Shown here: positions 46,158 through 57,400 of the stretch, piece after piece
Layout of the letters: each line of letters starts with the position of its first letter
Position numbering within the stretch: position 1 is the stretch's first letter
Source of the DNA: a virus
Lineage: Duplodnaviria > Heunggongvirae > Uroviricota > Caudoviricetes
Strand: one strand, 5' to 3'
Virus record (IMG/VR): IMGVR_UViG_3300010049_000009
Coordinates: 160,001 to 224,000 of that record
Length of the DNA stretch: 64,000 bases
Notes under the pieces: model-generated
Told to the model about the DNA's origin: nothing
The model's database searches: none
Seen by the model: only the letters and a program-made list of their open reading frames with translations
Position numbers and translations under genes: made by a program

Positions 46158-49100
46158 ATGGCATTAACTAATGTAAAAGGATTACATACTACTCCAGGCA
46201 TTTATCAGAAAGAAACTGAAATGCGCGCTAATAGGGAAAGCATAGGCGGTATCACCAGCCTTGGTCTTGTTGGCGAAACACTTAGAGGTCCAGCCTTTAC
46301 TCCTATGTTTATAGATAATTGGAGAAATTTTGAATATGTATTTGGTGGTACGTCATCAGAACAATATGCGGGTTCAAAGTATCCTAGATATGAGTTACCT
46401 TATATCGCATTGGATTACCTAACAGAATCTACACAATTATATGTAACAAGAGTATTAGGATTATCAGGATATAGTGCTGGAAAAGCATGGCTTATAAGAG
46501 CAATTGGTTCAGGTGAAGGTGATGATATGTTAATCGGTGTAATTAGATCAAGAGGTCGCTACATTGAAACATATGGATTACCAAAATTTTCTGATGAACC
46601 TGTACCAAGTGGTAAAATTGAAAACAACGTTCAATATGTGGTTGGTAGAATTGAACAAACCGGTGAAAATGCAACCACACCAATACCTGCTACATCAGCT
46701 GTTAGATATGCGGGCACAGATTACAGATATGGGCAAAAGTTTTTCGGAACACATATCGCCGGATACAGTGGTGGAACAGTATTTGGACCGAATGGTGAAA
46801 TTGTTAGCAGCGATGGTTTAACAGTATATGGATATTGTGGAACAAGTTATGAATATGATAAATTCCTGTGGGATGTAAAAGAAGTTTATATCTCAATGGC
46901 AGGTGAAACCGCTGCTAATTTTACTTGTGGTTTGTCAGCAAGTTTTTCAAACACCACACGTGCGGGTATTCGTTGTACACCAACCGATTTTGGAACATTT
47001 AAACTTGTTTGTGAAATGTATAGTGGTGAATTTGTTTCATATACGGTTTCATTAAATCCGGGTTCATCTGATTATATATACAATGTATTAGGTGGAACAG
47101 CACAAGGTACAACCCCTATTTTTGTTGAAGAATTATATGATGTTGCACTTCAAAATTTAGTTGTTAAAAGAGCAACTGACCCCGTTAACTATATTGAAGG
47201 TATTTTGGTGGGTACAAGATTAGAAGTTCAACCACCGGATATGTTGATACCGAGATTGTATGATGGATTAGGTTCAAAAGGTTCAGACGAACCCATTATA
47301 CCAAAATTTAGACCAGTCAACGCTATTCTACACATACCTAATCACAGTTTGGATATTAATAATCTTGGTGAAAGATATTTGTATTCACAAGCAGAATCTA
47401 TTGTAACCGAATATTTTGATGACTCTGAACAAACCGCGGTTTTCACAAAAATAGTTGACCCCGAAGTTGATAATGGTAAAATCTTTGTTGTTAAAAGAAC
47501 ATTAGATGGTAATGGTAATATGTCATATAATTATCATTATATGGGTGAACAATTAAAACCATTTCACACACCTGACATAAATGGTGAAACCGAAAAATAT
47601 GTTTTTGTTATTGAAGACAATTTATTCTATGAAATGGTCAATTCTAGTGGTGGTGCAAGCGATAGTGCAATATTGTTTAATGCAGACCTTACACCCGGTG
47701 TTGTAACAAAAATTGCTGTAAAACAAGTTGAAGAAGAAGATGAAAGTAAAGAAGGGTACACATTAAATAATGTTGAAATAATAATAGAACCACCTTTAGG
47801 ATATGTTCCAACCAACTTTACATCAACAGACAGACCTGCAACAGTTAAAAATATTGTGATTATTGAAGGTCGAATAGTGGATATTGAACTTGAAAGTGGT
47901 GGTAGTGGATACACAAGTGCACCTGGTGTTAGTATTAATTACACAGGAGATTTACCAGCACCACCTGAACCGGAACTAGAAGCATTTGTTGGTGCTTCAA
48001 TCGAAAGAGTGAGAATACAACATCCCGGTGGTGGTTATACTTCAAGACCAACCGTCACCGTTGCAACACAACCGGAAGCGGGTGGTGTTTCCGCTGTATT
48101 AGAAGCGGTACTTAGAAATGGTAGTGTTGATAGAATTGATATAATTAATCCCGGTAGTGGTTACATTCCCCAATCATCCAATATTGAAGTAAAAGTTGGA
48201 GGAACTGATAATCTTATTCAAAGAGTAATTGGTGATATTTCAGACTATAAAGAAGCGTATAGAACACCTGTTACGCCTTGGGTTGTTTCTCAAATGATGG
48301 GTAGTTTTGCCACAAACGAAGTTAAAAAATTATTCCGTTTCTTCACAATATCTGACGGTGCTACCGCCAATACAATGTGCAAAATAAGTATTCAGGGTAT
48401 TAATCCGAATAGTTTGACATTTGATGTTGTAGTTCGTGATTTCTATGATAATGACGGTTCAGTTAAAATTTTAGAAGTGTTTAGAGGTTGTAACCTTAAT
48501 CCGGCAAGTTCAGGATATATTTTGAATAGAATTGGTGACGTTCACGGAAGCACAATCCAAAGGTCTTCTTTCATTATGTGTGAAGTAGCGGATAACGATA
48601 CCATTAAATATGCAATACCTTGTGGTTTCTTGGGTTATCCTGTAAGACAATTGGGTTCAGATGTTCAAAAACCACAGTTGGCATTTAACACACAGGTTTA
48701 TGAAGGTATCAAACCAAAACGCCAATACTTCGGTTTCTCTGACATAACAGGTATAGACGTTGATATGCTAACATATAAAGGAAGAAGCGCATACACAGAC
48801 GGTTACTACACAGACGGTTTCCACTTGGATTCAAGGGTTTCTGACTGCAACACAGTAGTTGACGGCGAAAATCCCGGTGTTGATTGTACGGGTACAAACA
48901 AAGACTTATATACAACCGGTGTATTCACTTGGCAAACCCCACCACTTGAACTAAAAGGTGATGGAGATGAACCACCAATGTTGTCGTCAAATGAAGATAT
49001 TTTGGGAACAATTTATGAAGATATGTCTTTACGTAAATTCACATTGTGTTTCTACGGTGGATTTGATGGTTGGGACCCATATAGAACAGTGAGAACAACT

Positions 49101-50108
49101 TCTGACGATTTCAAACGTAACAAATACAAAGGAAGAATATCAAGTGCTTCCGGCGCAGGTGCAAGATTCAGTGTTTTACACGATGATTACGGAATACCTT
49201 CAAATGGAATAACTTCTGACTTCTACGCATTTTGGGCTGGTTTTGAAACAATGGCTAACCCATTTGCAACCCCGATAAATGTTTTGGCAACACCAGGTAT
49301 TGACTGTATCAATAACACATTGTTGTTCAAAGAAGCATTAGACGTAGTTGAAAGAGATTATAACCAAAAAACAATTTATATTGTTACAACCCCCGACAAA
49401 CCAATGGGCGCAAACGACAATCCAGCGAATATGTATTCAGCTCTTGACGTTGTAGGTAATTTGGATGTTGCGGAAATTGATAGTTCTTATGTTGCGACTT
49501 ATTATCCTTGGTGTCAGTATTTCGATGCTAACGAACAAAAGGCGGTATTCTTACCACCAACAAAAGATATTATCAAGTTGATTGCTCAAATTGACAATAC
49601 TTCATATTCTTGGTATCCTGCTGCGGGTATAAATAATGGTCAAATAGACTGTATCGGTCCTCGTAAAATTCTGAAAATGGAAGAAACCGACATACTAACA
49701 GGAAGTCGTATTAACCCAATCGTTAAGTTTGCAAAACAAGGTGTATACTCTTGGGGACAAAAGAATTTGAAAGTTTCTTATGACGGCGATAGAGAACCAT
49801 TGACAAGAATTGGTGTAAGACGTATGATGATCAGAATTAAAGAATTGGTTGAACAAGCCAACAGAGGTTTGTTGTTCACTCCAAACGATATGACAACAGC
49901 CAACAAATTCCGTTCTAATACAAGCACAATTTTGAACGATGTTCGTACAAACAGAGGTATCAGCGACTACCGTATAGAAGTTGATAATTCAGTCGAAGCA
50001 CGTGAAAATAGAACACTACCGGCGAAAGTGTGGATTAAACCTAACTCAATGCTTGAATTTATCGAAATTGAATGGGTTATCACTCCGCAGGGAATGGAAA
50101 TGGTATAA
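46158..50108 (+). CDS. contractile tail sheath protein with large insertions
   Basis: TPGIYQKE, GETLRGPAFTP, YVTRVLG, FYGGFDG, LATPGID, ATYYPW, WYPAAG, RINPI, WGQKNL, RIGVRR, LEFIEIEW. Confidence 0.92.
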   Translation: MALTNVKGLHTTPGIYQKETEMRANRESIGGITSLGLVGETLRGPAFTPMFIDNWRNFEYVFGGTSSEQYAGSKYPRYELPYIALDYLTESTQLYVTRVLGLSGYSAGKAWLIRAIGSGEGDDMLIGVIRSRGRYIETYGLPKFSDEPVPSGKIENNVQYVVGRIEQTGENATTPIPATSAVRYAGTDYRYGQKFFGTHIAGYSGGTVFGPNGEIVSSDGLTVYGYCGTSYEYDKFLWDVKEVYISMAGETAANFTCGLSASFSNTTRAGIRCTPTDFGTFKLVCEMYSGEFVSYTVSLNPGSSDYIYNVLGGTAQGTTPIFVEELYDVALQNLVVKRATDPVNYIEGILVGTRLEVQPPDMLIPRLYDGLGSKGSDEPIIPKFRPVNAILHIPNHSLDINNLGERYLYSQAESIVTEYFDDSEQTAVFTKIVDPEVDNGKIFVVKRTLDGNGNMSYNYHYMGEQLKPFHTPDINGETEKYVFVIEDNLFYEMVNSSGGASDSAILFNADLTPGVVTKIAVKQVEEEDESKEGYTLNNVEIIIEPPLGYVPTNFTSTDRPATVKNIVIIEGRIVDIELESGGSGYTSAPGVSINYTGDLPAPPEPELEAFVGASIERVRIQHPGGGYTSRPTVTVATQPEAGGVSAVLEAVLRNGSVDRIDIINPGSGYIPQSSNIEVKVGGTDNLIQRVIGDISDYKEAYRTPVTPWVVSQMMGSFATNEVKKLFRFFTISDGATANTMCKISIQGINPNSLTFDVVVRDFYDNDGSVKILEVFRGCNLNPASSGYILNRIGDVHGSTIQRSSFIMCEVADNDTIKYAIPCGFLGYPVRQLGSDVQKPQLAFNTQVYEGIKPKRQYFGFSDITGIDVDMLTYKGRSAYTDGYYTDGFHLDSRVSDCNTVVDGENPGVDCTGTNKDLYTTGVFTWQTPPLELKGDGDEPPMLSSNEDILGTIYEDMSLRKFTLCFYGGFDGWDPYRTVRTTSDDFKRNKYKGRISSASGAGARFSVLHDDYGIPSNGITSDFYAFWAGFETMANPFATPINVLATPGIDCINNTLLFKEALDVVERDYNQKTIYIVTTPDKPMGANDNPANMYSALDVVGNLDVAEIDSSYVATYYPWCQYFDANEQKAVFLPPTKDIIKLIAQIDNTSYSWYPAAGINNGQIDCIGPRKILKMEETDILTGSRINPIVKFAKQGVYSWGQKNLKVSYDGDREPLTRIGVRRMMIRIKELVEQANRGLLFTPNDMTTANKFRSNTSTILNDVRTNRGISDYRIEVDNSVEARENRTLPAKVWIKPNSMLEFIEIEWVITPQGMEMV

Positions 50109-50124
50109 AAATCAAACTAAAATC

Positions 50125-50156
50125 AAAAAGGTGGGTATTCAACTCACCTTTTTTTT
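50125..50156 (+). terminator. intrinsic terminator after the tail sheath gene
   Basis: aaaaaggtgggt/actcaccttttt followed by a T run. Confidence 0.8.
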
Positions 50157-50204
50157 ATTCAAAATATTATTAGTACTTTTATTCTAAATCTAATTGTTAA
50201 TAAT

Positions 50205-50825
50205 ATGACTGAATATACACCAAACATACAAACCTTTGCGGTTTTAAGTGCCGTTGATAACACAATTGGTAATAATTTGTTATTATCAATTACCGAAAAT
50301 GAACGCCGCACCATTAAACTATCATCTCAATTATCTGATAGATATTATGTGTTTAAATTGGTAAATAACAAACAATTCTTTGTACCCAATATAGCACGTT
50401 CTGAAGCAATGGCGTTTGGTGTTGAATGGAACCAAACCAAAATATTTTTTGCTGAAAAAACAGAAGATATTAAAGACAGTAAAATATATGAGGGTATGAA
50501 AATAGAAGTGAAAAACCCATTTCACTTTGAATACCAAGTGGGTGATATGAGGTGTTTATTTGTTAATAAAGAAGATAAAACTGATAAATATGTAAAAACC
50601 AACTGTGAACCCTTTGTTGTACCATATTATGATAGTGTCGCTAATGGTGTTTTTGAAAATAGTCTTGAAGATACCTATTGGGTTGAAAAATATTCAGAAA
50701 AAGAAGTGGAAACCATTAATTTTCATATTAAGGAAAGTTTAGATGAAACCAAAACACGAAAATATAGGTTTCACCACAGAGGAATGATAACAAATTTAAT
50801 ACAACCGAAATGGATGAGAACGTAA
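50205..50825 (+). CDS. hypothetical protein
   Basis: 206-aa ORF. Confidence 0.6.
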   Translation: MTEYTPNIQTFAVLSAVDNTIGNNLLLSITENERRTIKLSSQLSDRYYVFKLVNNKQFFVPNIARSEAMAFGVEWNQTKIFFAEKTEDIKDSKIYEGMKIEVKNPFHFEYQVGDMRCLFVNKEDKTDKYVKTNCEPFVVPYYDSVANGVFENSLEDTYWVEKYSEKEVETINFHIKESLDETKTRKYRFHHRGMITNLIQPKWMRT

Positions 50826-51202
50826 TGGGTTGTAATGACTTTAAAAATATAATGGAGGATTATATTTATAATTTCTATTGTTGGGTAGAAAATAATGTAA
50901 AAGAAGACCCGGAAATTCTGTGGTGTGAATGGTTGGATACATTTAAGGAATATTGTAAAAAAGTTGCCCTGAACAATATGATAAATAAAGGTGCTTATGA
51001 ATTTAAACCAAAATTATTAGAAGATAATTGTTTAAGTTGTGAATATAAAGGTGAAAACATTACCGTCATGGATTTTTACTATAGAATAAAAAGTATGAAT
51101 TGGAATTTTCACAATACGGAATCACAACGAATAATCCCCCTTAAAACAACGTTCAATGAGTGGGTGTATAGATTTATCATTTATTGTAGAAAACCTTATT
51201 AA
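50810..51202 (+). CDS. hypothetical protein
   Basis: 130-aa ORF. Confidence 0.55.
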   Translation: MDENVMGCNDFKNIMEDYIYNFYCWVENNVKEDPEILWCEWLDTFKEYCKKVALNNMINKGAYEFKPKLLEDNCLSCEYKGENITVMDFYYRIKSMNWNFHNTESQRIIPLKTTFNEWVYRFIIYCRKPY

Positions 51203-51219
51203 AACGAAAGAAAAGTAGT

Positions 51220-51453
51220 ATGAGAAAGCGAAATAAGTTAACGAAAAGACAAATTGATGTGCTACAAACTTTAATATTCTTATTACCGTTTGTTTTGTTA
51301 TGGGCAGCACTTGTGTTATTACATTACACCGAGTTGTTTGACAACGACAATGTGTTTATAACTATCATGTTAGGGGTTTATGGCTTTGGATTAGGTGCGG
51401 CTTCGGGAAAACTCGACACATGGGTCAGAGATTACAATGATAGACACGAATAA
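51220..51453 (+). CDS. small 2-TM membrane protein
   Basis: two hydrophobic helices. Confidence 0.55.
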   Translation: MRKRNKLTKRQIDVLQTLIFLLPFVLLWAALVLLHYTELFDNDNVFITIMLGVYGFGLGAASGKLDTWVRDYNDRHE

Positions 51454-51456
51454 AAA

Positions 51457-51484
51457 AAATGGGGTGGATAATATCACCCCATTT
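51457..51484 (-). terminator. intrinsic terminator after the LRR gene
   Basis: aaatggggtg/caccccattt, with a flanking A run that reads as a T run on the - strand. Confidence 0.7.
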
Positions 51485-51498
51485 AATTTTAAATATGG

Positions 51499-54400
51499 TT
51501 AGGAAGGACAGTTTGAACCTATTGCTACAATTCTAGCGGTTGGCCAAGATGGTGTTCCGTTCCCCCAATGATTAGTTGATCTATATTGGTTTATAGAACC
51601 TTCCGGTACTTTCAAACAACAATTAGTAAGTGTTATTCCACCAAATGTGTTGTTTTCAATTGCTTGTGGTACTGTGCGATTATTTATAACTTCTACTAAC
51701 GCAGTACAACCCCGAAAAACACCCACTTCTATTGTTGCAACATTACTACCAATATTTATGTTTGTTATACTTGTACAATTTTCAAAAGAACCACTTGCCG
51801 TATTACTATACGATGTGTTGTTTCCATTTAATCTTGTAACCGTATTAGGAATAAAAAGAGTTGTTAAAGAACTACAACCACGAAAAGCGGCGGCGTTAAT
51901 AGTTGTAATATTGCTTGGTATGGTTAGTGATGTTAAAGCACTACAACCCGAAAAACATGAAATAGGTATTGTTGTAAAACTACTGTGTGTTGAAAGAGTT
52001 ATTGAAGTCAATCTACTACAACCTCTGAATGGACCATCAGCGTCGGTACTACTTTGCCAACCACTACTAGACATAGTTGTAACACTATTGGGTATAACAA
52101 GTGAAGTTAAACGATTGCAATTCATAAAACAAGCCGCCCCAATTGTTGTAACAGTTTCCGGTATATTTATTGAGGTTAAAAAATTATTATTTTCAACCCC
52201 ATTATCTAGTGTACCACAATTTCTAAAAGTATATGTTCCTATGTGTGTAAAATTAGTGCTTGTTGGGAACGTTATTGAACTTAAACGAGTACAAGCATCA
52301 AATGTATAAGACCCCACACCATTAGTACCTGTTATTGAATTAGGAAGAACTATTGAAGTCAGTTGATTACAACCTTGAAAAGTATAATTACCAACTGTTG
52401 TGAGTGAGTTTGGTAAAACTATTGAAGTTAAAAAATTATTATTTTCAACCCCACTATCTAGTGTACCACAAGATGCAAAAGTATAACCACCAATTGATGT
52501 AAGTGAATTTGAAAGAATTATTGAACTTAAACGGGTACAATTTTGAAAAGTATTACTACCAACTGTTGTGAGTGAGTTTGGTAAAACTATTGAAGTTAGA
52601 AATTTAGTTCGGTTATCCGTTAAACCATTATCTGTTACACCACAACCCCTAAAAGTATGGCTACCAATAGTTGTAAATGTGTTATTTGTTGGGAATGTTA
52701 TTGAACCTAAACGAGTACAAGCATCAAATGTGTAATTACCAACATTAATTAGTGAATTTGTTAAAACTATTGAAGTTAAAGGTGAGGTAGCATTTGTACC
52801 ACAATTATTAAAAGTATAATCACCAATACGTAACAAATTACTTGGAAGTGTTATTGAATTTAAGCGTGTGTTGTTTTGAAAAGTATAATTTCCAATTAAA
52901 GAATTTGTTGAAACAACGACCGTTGGGGGTTCAGTATACCCACTGCCACCATTACTAACACTTACGGAACCAATTACACCCTCACCTACAATACTACTTG
53001 TAGTTATATTAACAGTTGCTGTTGCACCACTACCATCTCCGCCAACAAATGAAATATCTGTGTTATTGGGTATGTATCCAACACCCCCGTTATTAACTGT
53101 AACACCTGTAACAACACCGTTAGCGTTGATATTAGCAGTTAATACTGCACCACTACCACGCCCCTTTAAACCTGTTCCAAAAACCACGCTTGGTATAAAA
53201 TTACTAAAAGCGGTAGATAAAGAGGCAAAAGCAAAATCACCAATATTTTCCAAAGAATTAGGTAAGACTAAAGCAGATTCCAATGAACGACAGTCGAAAA
53301 AGGCGTATTCCCCAATGCTTTTTAATACTTGTGTTTGTAAATTCAACACCTTTAACCCCTGACAACGATTAAATGAACTAACACCAATTGTTTCTACTCC
53401 TGTTCCGATAGTTAAATTAATCATTCCAATACAATTATGAAAAGCAAGATCAGCAATTGATTTAACTGAATTTGGTATAACAACAGGTTCTAATACGGAA
53501 CAACCTTGAAAAGCACTAACCCCAATACTTTCAACTAAATTACCAATGGTTAGATTTACCAACTTAGTACATTCAAAAAAACTATGGTTTCCAATTGTTT
53601 TTACCCCATTCCCAATTATTACTGTAACTAAATCAAGACACTGATAAAAAACATTAGTACCAAGCGTTACAACGGAATCAGGTATATTAAGGGTTGTTAT
53701 TCCTGTTGCTTGAAATGCACCCGCATCAATTTTTATAACAGAATTAGGTATAGCAGCAGATGTTAACTTAATACAGTTTTTAAATGAACTAATACCAATC
53801 TCTTTAACCGAAGTGGGGATTGTTACCGATGTTAAATTATAACAATCAACAAAAAGATTATCCTCAATTTTAGTTATTTGGTTCGGAATAATTATTGAAA
53901 TTAAACCACTACCTTGAAACGCACCAACCCCAATTTCTTTAACAGAATTAGGTATGGTTATTGTTTCTAAATTATCACAACCAAGAAAAACATGGTTTTC
54001 AATAATTTCCACTGAATTTGGTATATTTATGGTATCTAAAAAACGACATTGCCAAAAAGCATTTTGTCTAATTATTTTAACAGAATTACCTAAAACCACT
54101 GTGGTTAAATCAGTGCACCCAAAAAAAGCGTTTTGTTTAATTTCCGTAACAAGATTAGGAATAGTTATTGTTTCTAAACCACTACAACCTTGAAAAGTAA
54201 ATTCGTTTATAACTGTAATTCCTGAAGGAATAACAATACCAATTAAATTACGACATTTTCCAAAAGCACCCGCACCAATAGAAGTAACGCCGCTTGGAAT
54301 GGTGATTGCCTCCATAAGAACACAACCATAAAATGCGTTATTATCAATTTTTACTACTGTTGGGGGTATGGTAACACTTTTTAATTTTCTACAACTTTGA

Positions 54401-57400
54401 AATAACCCCATAGATATTATGGTAATACTATTTGGTAAAATCACATTAGTTAGATTATTACAAACACGGAAAGCATATGCACCTATTTCTGTAATATTGT
54501 TATTAAGTGTTATTTGTGATAAATATTCACAATCTGAAAACACAAATGAACCAATTTCTGTGATATTATTAGGGATAATAATATTAAGTAAACCACTACC
54601 AAAGAAAACACCTTCCTCAATTTTTGTATAAGTTATTGAAGTTGGGAGAGTAATATATTCCAACTTTATACATCTTTGAAAACAATATTTTCCTATTTCT
54701 AATATTGAATTTGGTAAATTTATACTCTTTAAAACAACACAATTTCTAAAAGCAAAATTACCTATTATTTTAATTGTATTCGGAAGAACAACAATCTCTA
54801 ATCCCGAACACCCTTGAAAAGCACGATCCTCAATCACTTCAAGTGAATTACCAATAGTAATTTCCTCCAAAGACGTTGAATTGATAAAAGTATTTTCTTT
54901 AATTTCTTTAACCATATTACCAATAACAACTTTTTTCAATCCTTGTGGAAATAATGCCCATGTACCCTCACGATATAATATCATTCCAATATATACTTCT
55001 TCAATTGGACTATTATTAAACGGTGTATTGTTTCCCAACATTGTTAATACCCCCTCACCATCATTGAAAGTAACAATTCTTAATCTAATACACCCATGAA
55101 AAGCATTAGTTCCCAATGTTATTACTGAATTTGGTATTATTACAGAAGTTAATCCTATACAACCCGAAAATGCATCAACATCAATAATTTCTACTGAATT
55201 ACCAATTATTACAGAAGTTAATCCTATACAACCCTGAAATGCACCAACACCCAATGTTATTACTGAATTTGGTATTATTACAGAAGTTAATCCTATACAA
55301 CCCTGAAATGCACCAACACCCAATGTTATTACTGAATTTGGTATTATTACAGAAGTTAATCTTGTACAACCCTGAAATGCGCTCACCCCAATTTCTTCTA
55401 CTGAATTACCAATAGTTAGATTAACTAAATTAGTGCGTGTAGTAAAAGCATTATTTACAATTGTTGTAACAGTATTACCAATAATAACACTTCTTATGGG
55501 TAAATTAAATAACGCCCATGTTCCGTTATTCCGAATAATATTTCTTCCAATATATACCTCTTCAATTGGGCAACCATTAAATGTGCTACTACTATCTGTT
55601 GCATTATTTCCACTACCGTTTAGTGTCAAAAGTGTTGCACCATCATTTATTGTTAATTTTCGTAATTTTGCACAACCAGCAAAAACATTTTGGGATATTG
55701 AAGTCACTGAACCACCAATAACAACATCTTCTAACGAAGTACAACCATTAAATGCAAAATCACCCAATGTTGTAAGCGATTCCCCTATTGTGATATCCAA
55801 TAAACCTGTACAACTTTGAAATGCGCCGTGTGTACTACTATTATTTCCACCACCAATTGTTGTTACAGTATTTGGTATTGTCACAGAAGTTAAACCGAAA
55901 CAATTTCTAAATGCACTATGTTCTATTGTTGTGAGACTATTACCAAAAATTGCGGTTAATAAACTTGTACAACCGGAAAATGCTGTGTGCCCAATTGTTG
56001 TAACATTATTTGGAATAACCAATGAAATTAGGTTTGCACAACCCTGAAAAGCATTGTTTCCTATTGTTACAACCGAATTACCAATTGTAACATCAATTAA
56101 ATTACCACACGATTGAAAGGCATTATTACCTATTCTTGTAACAGCATTACCAATATGAATAGAAAATGTGTTTGTACACGATTGAAAGGCATTATTACCT
56201 ATTTCAGTAATATTTCTACCAACAATTATTCTTCTAACATTGCTATAATGTGTGTTATTTCTCCATGGTTGAGAAGCACTATTATCTGAAATAATCCCTT
56301 CCCCTTGAACACATAAAGCGTAGTTATGACATATTTTCCATGTTACACTACCAACTGTCCCCGATGCCAATGGTTCTTCACAATAACAAAATTCTTCTTC
56401 AATATCAAATGCTTCAATATTTTGAAAATTTCTCCAAATATTTGCTACCTTGTAAGATGTAAGTGATTCTGCTGGTACTAAAACTAAACAAGTGTTATAA
56501 TTCACACCGTGTTCAAAAACCGTTTGATTAATTACTTGTGGTGTCATCGCATAATTAGCAATTCTACTTAAAGATGGGCAATAAGCAAATGCACCAGGTC
56601 CAATATTTATACAGGATTCACCGAGAGTGATACTATTTAATAAAGTACATCCAACAAAACACTCCCTACCTAACGTGTTAGTTAAAAATGGTAGATTGGC
56701 ACTAACCAAACTTCTACAATTAGCAAATGCACCATCCCCAATTCTTTCAACTAAATTACCAATAGTTATGTTTGTTAAACTAAAACAATCTTTAAAAGCA
56801 GCATCATCAACCGTTCTAACTGAATTTGGTATATTAAATTGTGTTAAACTTTTACATTCAGCAAAAGCAAATGCGCCAATACTCCTAACAAGTCTTCCGA
56901 TAGTTACATTTGCTAAATCATCACATCTTAAAAAAAGATTATCAGATATTATAGTAACCGAATCGGGAATTATCATTTCTTTTAACTTCCAATTATGTGC
57001 AAACGCACTTTTCCCAAGTGTTGTAACCGAATTGGGAAGTTTCATTTCAGTAATTTTTTCCAACCCCGAAAGCGCACTATTACCAATTGTAACAACCGAA
57101 TTTCCGATTGTTATTACAGATACATTTTTACAACCCATAAAAGCGTGATTACCTATTGTTGTAACCGAATTGGGTATAGTGATTTCAGTTAAACTTTCAC
57201 ACCCCAAAAATGCGTCATCCCCAATAGATATTACTGAATTAGGGATAGTAAGATAAAATACTTTGGAAAATTCATCAAAAGCGTGATTACCTATTGTTGT
57301 AACACCTCTTCCTATGATAATTCTTTCGACTACATTCGCATATTCTCTCCATTCACCAACTATTTCTTCCGGCATTGGTCCATTACCCAATATACACAAA

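Noticed and set aside
55112-55380. CRISPR array
   Set aside because: The repeats are contiguous, in-frame 69-nt LRR coding units without unique spacers, and no cas genes are seen.
51647-57148. Long + strand ORFs antisense to the LRR gene (for example 51647-52309 and 56627-57148)
   Set aside because: These are shadow frames produced by the codon bias and periodicity of the repeat protein. The same applies to antisense ORFs over the capsid, scaffold and sheath genes.
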